From the NCBI GenBank assembly GCA_963521045.1, contig CAUQTR010000001.1, positions 1 to 40,850 of the forward strand: DNA of 40,850 nucleotides. The letters run 5' to 3'. This document shows, one piece after another, positions 28,800 through 37,119 of the stretch. The translations under genes and the position numbers were made by a program. How positions within the stretch are numbered: position 1 is the stretch's first letter; each line of letters starts with the position of its first letter. The notes under the pieces were generated by a model. It worked only from the letters and a program-made list of their open reading frames with translations, was not told the origin of the DNA and searched no databases. Source of the DNA: an uncultured Actinotalea sp. (GTDB lineage: Bacteria; Actinomycetota; Actinomycetes; Actinomycetales; Cellulomonadaceae).

Positions 28800-29058
28800 G
28801 CCGGGAGTAGGGCCCTACGGGGCGCCCCCGCCCTGTACGCCCTGCTACTGCTCCGTAGCCGCCTGACGGCGTCGTCGTCCGAGTGGCCGCTTGGACGCAT
28901 GGCGTCGCGTTCCCGGGCCTCCCGGCCCGCAGCCAGGGTGGTAGGCCCGCTGGCACACCTCTTCCTGAACGCCGTTGCGGCGGCAGGTGCGCATCTTCTC
29001 CCCCACCGCCGCACACCTGCAGGTAGCGACGGAGTCACGAGGGGAGGTGGGGCCGGTG
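28800..29058. other. Candidate oriT region upstream of the relaxase
   Basis: Non-coding, with several palindromes (GTAGGGCCCTAC, GGGGCGCCCC, GCAGGTG...CACCTGC). Its position directly upstream of a MOBF relaxase is typical for oriT. Confidence 0.4.
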
Positions 29059-31950
29059 ATGTCGATGCACAAGCTGACGGCCGGGGACGGGTACGCGTAC
29101 CTGACCCGGCACGTCGCCGCGGGCGATGCCGGCCTCGACGCGGGCGCATCCCTCACGGCCTACTACGAGCAGACCGGCAACCCGGCCGGCCGCTGGTACG
29201 GCGAGGGCCTCTCCGGACTCGGTGACGCGGCGCGGCGGATCCGCCCGGGCGACGTCGTGACCGAGGCGGCGATGACGGCCGTGTTCCGCGACGGCGTCGA
29301 CCCGCTCACCGATGACGCGCTAGGGCGGCCCTATAGCCGGTTCAATGACGGGAAGCGGCACGCGGTCGTCGGGTATGACCTGACGTTCACCGCGCCGAAG
29401 TCGGTATCGGTGGTGTGGGCGCTGGCCGATGACGCGACGCGCGTCATGGTCTATGACGCGCACCGGGCGGCGTTGGCGTCATCGCTGAAGTTCGTCGAGC
29501 AGCGCGTCATCCGCACGCGCATCGGCGACGCGGGCCGTCATCAGGTCCGCACCCGCGGGATGGTAGCCGCGGCGTTCGACTACTGGGACACCCGGGCCGG
29601 TGACCCGAACCTGCACACCCACGTCGTCATCGCCAACAAGGTCCAGGGGCCCGACGGCGCCTGGCGGAGCCTGGACGGGCGGACCGAGCACGCCGCCGTC
29701 GTCACCGTGTCCGAGCTGTACGACGCGCTGCTCGCCGACGAGCTCGCGCGGCGGCTGCCGGTGGAGTGGTCGATGCGCGACCGCGGGCCCCGACGGAACC
29801 CGGCGTTGGAGCTCGACGGGATCGGCGACGACCTGCTGGCGCACTTCTCGACGCGAGCGGAGGCGATCCACTGCGCCGAGCAGGAGTGGCTCGCCCATTT
29901 CGAGGCCACCCACGGCCGAGCACCGACGCGCATGGAGACGACGCGTGCGCGCCAGCACCTGACGCGGGCGACGCGGCCGCCGAAGACGGTTCGGCCGCTG
30001 GCCGACCTGTTGGCGGACTGGGCGAACCGCGCCCGGGCGCTGACCGGGCTCGAGCCGCACGACCTGGCCGCCCGGGCGCTGGCCGGCGCCTACGGGCGAG
30101 CGCTACACGCGCACGACGTCGGCCCGGAGGTCCGGGCGGCAATGGTCGCCCAGGTGCTCGACGACGTGTCGACGCGGCGGTCGGTGTGGACGACGTGGAA
30201 CCTCGGCGCCGCCGCAGTCCGCGCGTCGAAGCTGCTGCGGATGGCCTCGCCCGCCGAGCGGAGGGCGCTTCTCAACGAGATCACGGTCGATGCTGCGGCG
30301 GCGTGCGTGCACCTGGACGACAACCGCGACCCGATGACGCGGCGGGTCGGGGAGTCACTGTTCACCTCGACCGAGCTGCTGGGGACGGAGAAGGTCCTCA
30401 TCGACGCCGCCGAGACCACCGGCGCTCCGCACCGGCCGGCGGAGATGCTCGGCGTCATCCAGCTGCGCACGGAGCACCACCTCGGCGTCCTCGCCCCGGA
30501 CCAGCGCGCGGCCGCCGAGGCCGTCATCACCTCCGGGCGTCTGCTCGACGTGCTGGTCGGGCCGGCTGGGTCGGGCAAGACCACCACGCTCGCCGCGCTG
30601 ACGTCGTTCTGGCGTCACGGCATCGGGTCCGTCGTCGGGCTCGCGCCGTCAGCCACCGCGGCGCGTGCGCTGGCGGAGTCGCTCGGGGTGCCGTGCGAGA
30701 CGACCGCGAAGTGGCTGCACGAGTCCACCGGCGAGGGCGCCGCCACCCGCGCCCTGCGGTACGCCGACGCCCTCGCCCGCATGGCGCCCGGGGACTACCG
30801 CGAGATGCGTGCAGCCAACGAGGAGCAATGGCGGCTGCGGGCGGAACAGGACCAGTGGCGGTTCTCCCCCGGGCAGCTCGTCATCGTCGATGAGGCATCG
30901 CTCGCCGATACCCGCACGCTGGCCACGATCGTCGAACATGCACGCGCCGCAACGGCGAAGGTGCTGTTGGTCGGGGACCACCTGCAGCGTGGGTCGGTCG
31001 ACGCCGGCGGCGGGTTCGGGATGCTCGCCCGCCGTGGGCCTACCGCCGAGCTGACCAGCCTCTGGCGGTTCGCCCACCCGTGGGAGGCGCGGGCCAGCCT
31101 CGAGCTTCGCCGCGCCCACCCCGAAGTGCTTGACGCGTACGAGGCGCACGGCGCCATCGCTTCCGGCGGGCACGACGCGATGCTCGACGCCTCGATCAAC
31201 GCAGTCACGGTCGCAAGCGAGCGGGGCCGCGTCGCGGTGCTGCAGGCGGTCGACAACCGGACCGTCCGCGAGCTCAACGCGCGCATCCAAGCCGACCACA
31301 TCACCACCGGGCAGGCCGCACCCGCCGGCGTGAGCCTGCACGACGGGCTGGCGGCCGGCGTCGGCGACCGCATCGTCACCCGCCGCAACCACCGCCGGCT
31401 GGCCACCGCCGACGGGTTCGTGCGCAACGGCGCCCTGTGGGATGTCACCGCCGTCCTGCCCGACGGATCCGTCCGTGTCCGGCCCACCAACCAGTCCGAC
31501 GCGGCCACCGTCCGGCTCCCCGGGGACTACGTCGCCGAGCACGTCGAGCTCGGCTACGCCACGACCATCGCCCGCACCCAGGGCATGACCGTCGACGAGA
31601 CCCACACGATCGCCTCCCCCGGCATGGGCCGCGAGGACCTCTACGTCGCGATGAGCCGCGGCCGCCACACCAACTGCGCCTACGTCGTCGTCGACCAAGG
31701 CGAGCCGGAGTGCCTGCCCGGCCAGGCGCCGTCGTCGGGCCGCGAGGTCCTCGAGCAGATCCTTGCGACCAGCCACACCGAGCCCAGCGCCACCGAGACC
31801 TGGGACAGCTACCACCCCGGCCGCGCCGCGCCCCTCGTGCCGCCCGCGCGCCCACAGCAACCGTGGACGGCCGTGCCTCCACAGCCTGCCCCGCACCGCT
31901 TGACCCACGTCCCGCCGTCGGTCCCCGATGGGCCGGTGCTCGGGCTCTAA
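29059..31950 (+). CDS. MOBF (TrwC/TraA-type) relaxase-helicase
   Basis: Relaxase: GDGYAYL, YY, GRWYGEG, GYDLTFTAPKSVS, DPNLHTH. RecD-like helicase: GPAGSGKTT, VDEAS, LVGD, GYATTIARTQGMTVD, YVAMSRGR. Confidence 0.92.
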   Translation: MSMHKLTAGDGYAYLTRHVAAGDAGLDAGASLTAYYEQTGNPAGRWYGEGLSGLGDAARRIRPGDVVTEAAMTAVFRDGVDPLTDDALGRPYSRFNDGKRHAVVGYDLTFTAPKSVSVVWALADDATRVMVYDAHRAALASSLKFVEQRVIRTRIGDAGRHQVRTRGMVAAAFDYWDTRAGDPNLHTHVVIANKVQGPDGAWRSLDGRTEHAAVVTVSELYDALLADELARRLPVEWSMRDRGPRRNPALELDGIGDDLLAHFSTRAEAIHCAEQEWLAHFEATHGRAPTRMETTRARQHLTRATRPPKTVRPLADLLADWANRARALTGLEPHDLAARALAGAYGRALHAHDVGPEVRAAMVAQVLDDVSTRRSVWTTWNLGAAAVRASKLLRMASPAERRALLNEITVDAAAACVHLDDNRDPMTRRVGESLFTSTELLGTEKVLIDAAETTGAPHRPAEMLGVIQLRTEHHLGVLAPDQRAAAEAVITSGRLLDVLVGPAGSGKTTTLAALTSFWRHGIGSVVGLAPSATAARALAESLGVPCETTAKWLHESTGEGAATRALRYADALARMAPGDYREMRAANEEQWRLRAEQDQWRFSPGQLVIVDEASLADTRTLATIVEHARAATAKVLLVGDHLQRGSVDAGGGFGMLARRGPTAELTSLWRFAHPWEARASLELRRAHPEVLDAYEAHGAIASGGHDAMLDASINAVTVASERGRVAVLQAVDNRTVRELNARIQADHITTGQAAPAGVSLHDGLAAGVGDRIVTRRNHRRLATADGFVRNGALWDVTAVLPDGSVRVRPTNQSDAATVRLPGDYVAEHVELGYATTIARTQGMTVDETHTIASPGMGREDLYVAMSRGRHTNCAYVVVDQGEPECLPGQAPSSGREVLEQILATSHTEPSATETWDSYHPGRAAPLVPPARPQQPWTAVPPQPAPHRLTHVPPSVPDGPVLGL

Positions 31951-31983
31951 GGAACGCCAACCACAACCCAGAAGGAGAAGATC

Positions 31984-32196
31984 ATGACCACCACCGCACA
32001 GCACACCGCCCCCATCACCCCGGCTCGGCAGTACTACCGCGTGAAGGACGCGGCGCGGGTGCTCGGGGTGCCGCCCCGGACGCTGTACCACCTGGTCGAG
32101 CACGAGCAGATCCCGTACCGGCGCCTCGGCACGGTGATCCTGCTGCCGGCGGCGTGGGTCGAGCGCGAGCCGACGATGCCGGTGAAGCGGCGCTGA
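31984..32196 (+). CDS. Excisionase-like HTH (Xis/HTH_17) protein
   Basis: YYRVKDAARVLGVPPRTLYHLV...IPYRRLG. Strong GAAGGAG RBS; TGATG overlap with the integrase. Confidence 0.85.
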   Translation: MTTTAQHTAPITPARQYYRVKDAARVLGVPPRTLYHLVEHEQIPYRRLGTVILLPAAWVEREPTMPVKRR

Positions 32197-33329
32197 TGTC
32201 CGTCACCAGGCGGGCGCACTCGACGGGCAAGGTGACCTGGCGCGCGAAGGTGTTCTTCGAGGGCCGGGTCATCGCGCAGCGGTCGTTCGAGCGCCGAGTC
32301 GATGCCAAGCGCTGGGAGGCCGACCAGCTCGCGAAGCTGGACGCCGGCTCGTGGATCGACCCGGCGCGTGGGCGAATGGCGTTCGCGGCGCTGGCCGAGG
32401 AGTGGCAGGCCTCGCGTGGCCACCTGGCGGTGCGCAGCCAGGAGACCACGCGGTTCCTGCTGGACAAGTACGTGATCCCGGAGATCGGCGCGTACCCGAT
32501 CTCCGGGATCTCGGCGGCCGACGTCGAGCGGGTCATGTCCGCACTGACGGCGCGCGGCCTGGCGACGGCGACGCGGCGTCGGGCGCTGTCGATGATCCGG
32601 CTGGTGTTCGACTACGCGATCCGCGACCGGCGGCTGAGCGTGAACGTGGCGCGGATGGTGGCGCTGCCGCGCGGGGGAACGAAGCGCGAGCCGCACTGGC
32701 TGCGGCCCGAGCAGCTCGGCCGGTTGGTCATGGCGGTGCCGCCGCTGTGCCAGCCGGTGGTGCTGTTCCTCGGAACGACGGGGTGCCGGTTTTCGGAGAT
32801 GGCCGCGCTGCGGGTCGACGACGTCGTGCAGACGCCACACGGGCTCGGGGTGCGGGTGCACCGCGCGGCGACGCAGTCCAAGCGGACGAGCGGGGCGGTG
32901 TTCGGGCCGACGAAGACGCACCAGACGCGGACCGTGCCGGTGCCGGCGGCGCTGGATGAGTACGTGCGGACGCGGGTCGCCTTCACCGCGCCGGGCGGGT
33001 ACCTGTTCCCGAGCCCGACCGGGGCCGTGTGGACCAACACGAACTTCCGGGCGCGGTCGGGGTGGATGGAGGCGACGCGGAGGGCGGGCGTTGAGGGGAC
33101 GACGATCCACGACCTGCGGCACACCGCCGCGTCGCTGCTCATCGCAGCCGGGGCGGACGTGAAGGCCGTGCAGGTGATCCTCGGGCACTCCACGGCGACG
33201 ATGACGATGGACCTGTACGGGCACCTGTTCAGCGAGGCGACCTGGCAGGCGATGGAACGGCTGCCGGTGATACCGCTGATGCAGGCGCCGCGGGCGATCG
33301 AGCCCCCAGGCGTCACGCCGAGCCCGTAG
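32196..33329 (+). CDS. int: Tyrosine recombinase/integrase
   Basis: All catalytic residues present: TGCRFSE, PTKT, HDLRHT, LGHS, LYGH. N-terminal arm-binding-like region WRAKV...SFERRVDAKRW. Confidence 0.95.
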   Translation: MSVTRRAHSTGKVTWRAKVFFEGRVIAQRSFERRVDAKRWEADQLAKLDAGSWIDPARGRMAFAALAEEWQASRGHLAVRSQETTRFLLDKYVIPEIGAYPISGISAADVERVMSALTARGLATATRRRALSMIRLVFDYAIRDRRLSVNVARMVALPRGGTKREPHWLRPEQLGRLVMAVPPLCQPVVLFLGTTGCRFSEMAALRVDDVVQTPHGLGVRVHRAATQSKRTSGAVFGPTKTHQTRTVPVPAALDEYVRTRVAFTAPGGYLFPSPTGAVWTNTNFRARSGWMEATRRAGVEGTTIHDLRHTAASLLIAAGADVKAVQVILGHSTATMTMDLYGHLFSEATWQAMERLPVIPLMQAPRAIEPPGVTPSP

Positions 33330-33343
33330 CGCTCCCTATGGGT

Positions 33344-33364
33344 GGCTCCGCTGGTACCGGAGCC
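33344..33364. terminator. Hairpin between convergent integrase and ATPase genes
   Basis: GGCTCCG-ctggtac-CGGAGCC. Confidence 0.5.
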
Positions 33365-33376
33365 GGCGCAGCCTCT

Positions 33377-34720
33377 TCACTTCGCGTGGCGACCCCTGCT
33401 TCTCGGTGCGTCAGAATCAAAGCCCTCATAGGACTGTGACACTCGCAAGTCGACATTTGGGTAGATCGAGGGGCAGAGGTGGACATACGTGCGAAACATC
33501 TCGTCCGTGAACCTCGAGAACGCCCCCTCGCGAACGCTTCGGAGAACGGCTCCATAGCCGGTTTGGTGCAACTGATCCAAGTACCGCCTCGCTTCTGCGA
33601 CCCCGAGATCCTTCGCTCTCTGTTCGATCAGCGGGAGGGGCAAGTCAGACCCGGACGCCTCCGCGGCGACACGCAGAACCAGCTCCCTGTCCTTCGATTC
33701 ACCGATCGCATGTCGATAGAGCCCCGCATAGTTCTGCGCTAGCCTCGACTGAAGCAGGTGACTGATCGCCTCGGCGATGTCGGACGCGGTCACCTCGCTC
33801 TGACCAGCGTCATAAGCTCGGATGAGAGATGACTGGCCGAGTAGGTGGACGAACCAGGGAAATCCTGCCGCAGCCTTGATGATTCGATTGCGAGACCGCG
33901 GCCGAAATTGGATCTCAACGCCGCCGCCCGCCAGGGTTGTTTCCGCACGGGCGATGATCGTGTCCAGCTCGGCCCCGCTCATCGGCGGTACATGGACGGG
34001 AAGAAGGCTTCGCACGACGGATTCATGGTCAGCTAGCAGTTCCGAGTGGCTGTCGGCAATCCCGACAAGCATGAACTTCAACCAGTCTGAGGAGTGGGCC
34101 TTGAGGAAGGATGCTAGGCCCGCACTGTCCGTCAACAGATCGACCTCATCGACAACGATGAGGACTCGCCGACCAATGCACGTTGCGACGACTTCACACG
34201 TCGAGATCAGCCGCTCCTCGAGCGTGGGGGCTGCGCTTGACGGGCGACGGGCCTCGTGAGAGGTCTTGCCCCACTCCCGCTTCACAAACGTCGCTGAGAG
34301 TTCGGTGCGCGATGTTCGCTCAGTGACCTCTTGGGATCTCGCTTCTAGACACTCACGTGCGTCCGGATGTGCCTCCACCGCGTTGATGATCAACTGGAGG
34401 AGCCCCGCGAGGTTCCCAGTCGTGCGTGTGCAACTGACCCACGCAACGAGGAACGTCTCCTCGGGCGTGAACATCAACTCCGAGAAGCCAAGGTGGTCGA
34501 GCAGGGCTGAGTCGCCCATCGCGATTCGTCGCATCTGGCGCGCCAGACTGGACTTCCCGAGACCACGGTGACCGTAGATCAGTGGAACGGAGCCTTCTGT
34601 ACGGAGCGCGTCCGCGACCTCGCGCACTTCCGCGGCGCGCCCCGCGAACCGAGCTGGGTCATCGATCTCCTGGGACGGGAGAAAGGCGTTGAGCACCACC
34701 GATCGCTGCGCGTCCGCCAC
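33377..34720 (-). CDS. Stand-alone STAND/ORC-Cdc6-like P-loop ATPase with probable C-terminal winged helix
   Basis: Motifs AFLPS...FAGRAAE, Walker A GHRGLGKS, Walker B LIVVDEVD, MLVG, and GFPWFVHLLG (GxP motif). Confidence 0.8.
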   Translation of the reverse strand: MADAQRSVVLNAFLPSQEIDDPARFAGRAAEVREVADALRTEGSVPLIYGHRGLGKSSLARQMRRIAMGDSALLDHLGFSELMFTPEETFLVAWVSCTRTTGNLAGLLQLIINAVEAHPDARECLEARSQEVTERTSRTELSATFVKREWGKTSHEARRPSSAAPTLEERLISTCEVVATCIGRRVLIVVDEVDLLTDSAGLASFLKAHSSDWLKFMLVGIADSHSELLADHESVVRSLLPVHVPPMSGAELDTIIARAETTLAGGGVEIQFRPRSRNRIIKAAAGFPWFVHLLGQSSLIRAYDAGQSEVTASDIAEAISHLLQSRLAQNYAGLYRHAIGESKDRELVLRVAAEASGSDLPLPLIEQRAKDLGVAEARRYLDQLHQTGYGAVLRSVREGAFSRFTDEMFRTYVHLCPSIYPNVDLRVSQSYEGFDSDAPRSRGRHAK

Positions 34721-35046
34721 GACGCCAGGTTAGCCGCCACCGAGACGCATCAGGGGTGCTGGGACGACGTGATCCATCCGACCGCCCACCGGTCTCCCGC
34801 CGCCCACGCCACCGCGGCAGATCTGGGTGCAGGCCTGCAAGCCGCCCGCGTCTTGACTCCGCGGAGGGGAGCACGGACGACCCTTGCGACGACTTGAGGA
34901 GGGGCAGGCCGTCGTCGCGCATCTCAGCTCGTCGCCCCTGGCCCGACGCGTGGCCCCCACCATGTCACCGGAGTAGGTCATGATCGCCGCATCGCCGCAG
35001 GCACCGGCATTGCGGCCGACATCCCTCTGAGTGGAGTCGATGGCAG

Positions 35047-36162
35047 ATGATCGAGCCCGTTGAGTCGCCCGAATTATCGGGACCGGCACCGACCGGCGCC
35101 GTCCTCGGAGGCGTGACTGAGGCCCGGAACCGGGTGACCTCTGTCGTCGAAGAGTCGGTGCGCAGCCTCCTTCGCGAGGCCGGGTACCGGGTGTCCAAAC
35201 AGAAGATGGCGGTCTGGTGCCACCATCCGGAGAAGCCACAACGGCTACTCCCTCTCACGCCCGACATCGTTCTGATCGGAAAGCGGCTGGCGATCGAAGT
35301 CGACCCCTGCGGACACCTCACGAGCCATCGAGGCGCAAGCCATCGAGGCAAAGAGGCTGAGGATCTGCGGCGCAACCAGCTCCTGCAGGCCGTGGGCTGG
35401 ACAGTGCTCCGCCTGCGGCTAGGTGCCGAGAAGGGGATGCAGATCGGTGCCCGCGACGTCGTCTGCGAGTCCTCCGCGCTCACAGCGGACGCCGCTCAGG
35501 CCCTACTCGCGGCGGTCGACGACGCAATCGAGAAGCGCCAGCCGCTCGTACGCTTCGTATCGAATAAGTCCACCGCAGTGCCGAGGAAAGCGCCGATTCG
35601 CCGCTCCAGCGTCGTCAGGCTTGCCGAGTACACGTACGGGGACCAGGCGCACATCTTCTCCTGGCTGCCCGATCTCGAGAGCAGCAACCGAGTGCACCTC
35701 CGACTCGCCTTCGACGGGCGCTTCCTCTACACTCACGACCAGCCGCCGCGCTTCATCGGCGCCGTCGATCTGAACGAGCTTCCGCACTCCGACTGGAAGA
35801 CCCGGTTGCAGGAAGTGCTGCCAACACTCGCCCGTCTGCCGCTTGCAGGCGCCGGGAAGTACCCGTGGGGCGAGGAGTTGTTGGTTGTGGAGTCCTTGGA
35901 CCAAGATGCCGTCGCCATCGTGAACGCCTGCGAGTGGAAGTGCGACATTGACCGAGCGGACTACTCCTTCACGATCAACTGCGAGCGTCTGGCGAGCGTT
36001 ACCGACACCTCGCTCCTCGACGAAGCCGGCCACGTGATCGTGAGCCTCCACCCAAGGGCTGCCGATCTCGGCTACCGATTCGTGGGGGTGGAACGCCTCA
36101 ACGGCTACCGCGGACCGTACGAGCGGATCACTCTCACGCGCCGACTGGCCGGGGAGCCCTAG
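35047..36162 (+). CDS. Protein with N-terminal DUF559/Vsr-like endonuclease domain and unknown C-terminal domain
   Basis: TPDIV...LAIEVD...H...EDLRRNQLLQAVGWTVLRLR follows the Vsr/DUF559 pattern. The exact start is uncertain. Confidence 0.7.
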   Translation: MIEPVESPELSGPAPTGAVLGGVTEARNRVTSVVEESVRSLLREAGYRVSKQKMAVWCHHPEKPQRLLPLTPDIVLIGKRLAIEVDPCGHLTSHRGASHRGKEAEDLRRNQLLQAVGWTVLRLRLGAEKGMQIGARDVVCESSALTADAAQALLAAVDDAIEKRQPLVRFVSNKSTAVPRKAPIRRSSVVRLAEYTYGDQAHIFSWLPDLESSNRVHLRLAFDGRFLYTHDQPPRFIGAVDLNELPHSDWKTRLQEVLPTLARLPLAGAGKYPWGEELLVVESLDQDAVAIVNACEWKCDIDRADYSFTINCERLASVTDTSLLDEAGHVIVSLHPRAADLGYRFVGVERLNGYRGPYERITLTRRLAGEP

Positions 36163-36258
36163 GGCGCCGTGGGGAGGCCGAGCCTCGGCGTGTCCTCCCA
36201 GGCGTCCGTCGGCGTCCGTCCGCGTTCTTGACAGGCCGTCCATGTCCTGAGACAAGTC

Positions 36259-36277
36259 GCTGACCACACGCTGACCA
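36259..36277. repeat. tRNA-proximal integrase arm-type direct repeats GCTGACCA(C), 11-bp period
   Basis: The same motif pair occurs at 18639/18650 and 22491/22502. Confidence 0.7.
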
Positions 36278-36351
36278 ATGCCCGGCAAATCGGACACAAC
36301 CCCGCGGTCGCCGCGGCACCCAAACCGCCCCTGACCTGCAACAACACGCTG

Positions 36352-36424
36352 TGCGCCTGGGCAGATTCGAACTGCCGACACCCGCTTTAGGAGAGCGGTG
36401 CTCTATCCCCTGAGCTACAGGCGC
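36352..36424 (-). tRNA. tRNA-Arg(CCT)
   Basis: GCGCCTGTAGCTCAGGGGATAGAGCACCGCT-CTCCTAA-AGCGGGTGTCGGCAGTTCGAATCTGCCCAGGCGCA folds as a cloverleaf with anticodon CCT. CCA is not encoded. Confidence 0.95.
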
Positions 36425-36644
36425 TTCACACGTGGCGGGTTCCTGGAGAGCGGCCCGGAGCAAGGAACTGTCCGAGCACCTCGGAGGTTCCGATGAGTGC
36501 CACGACACGTCGACGAGGGCCCTCGAGCCGCTGGTGACGCGTGCGAAGCCTACCCGTCCACGCGCCTGGGACGCAGGCGCAGCCCTGTGGCGGAGCTACA
36601 GGATGGGGATGGTGAGCTCGGACGCCCCCACCGTCCTCGGCTGC

Positions 36645-37073
36645 TCAGTCGTGCTGGATGCGGACCGTGATCGACCAGCTGACGGTACGGCTCCCGCTGC
36701 CCCACCCGCCGGCGCTGAGGCCACCGCCACCGGTGCTCAGGCCGCCGCTGGTGTTCTCCCGGCCACCCTCGGACCACCGGTCCCGTGCACCGGCGGGCCG
36801 CGGCGGCGGCGCGTTGTAGCACGCACGAGCGACGCTGGCGCCGTTGGTGACGTACGCCTCGTAGCGGCCGTCGACGCGATAGACCACCACGCCGGTGCGG
36901 TTGAGGAAGTACTCGTCGACCACACTTCCGCGGCTCTGGGCGTTCTGGTACGCCGCCAGGATGGATCCGCCGGGGCAGGCAACCTCGGCGGCAGTCGCAG
37001 TGGTGCCGGTCGCCACGACGCCACCGAGGGCGAGGGCGGCGGCGGCAAGGAACGTGGTGAGCGGTCGGCGCAT
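36645..37073 (-). CDS. Small secreted hypothetical protein
   Basis: Sec signal MRRPLTTFLAAAALALGGVVATGTTATA, two Cys residues, and a Gly/Ser-rich tail. Confidence 0.7.
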   Translation of the reverse strand: MRRPLTTFLAAAALALGGVVATGTTATAAEVACPGGSILAAYQNAQSRGSVVDEYFLNRTGVVVYRVDGRYEAYVTNGASVARACYNAPPPRPAGARDRWSEGGRENTSGGLSTGGGGLSAGGWGSGSRTVSWSITVRIQHD

Positions 37074-37119
37074 CGGGGCTCCAGGGCTGGTGGTGTCGAC
37101 GTGGCGGGTCACCGCAGCG

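Larger units (their letters stand above)
18533..36393. mobile_element. Composite genomic (defence) island integrated in tRNA-Arg(CCT); two tandem elements
   Basis: Bounded by the 23-bp direct repeat ACTGCCGACACCCGCTTT(G/A)GGAG at 18533-18555 and 36371-36393, with a third copy at 22385-22407. Contains integrase, excisionase, relaxase and genes with foreign codon usage. Confidence 0.88.

Noticed and set aside
31437..32195. Long N-terminal extension of the integrase (630-aa ORF)
   Set aside because: Overlaps the relaxase and xis in another frame; the real start is the ATG at 32196, coupled to the xis stop.
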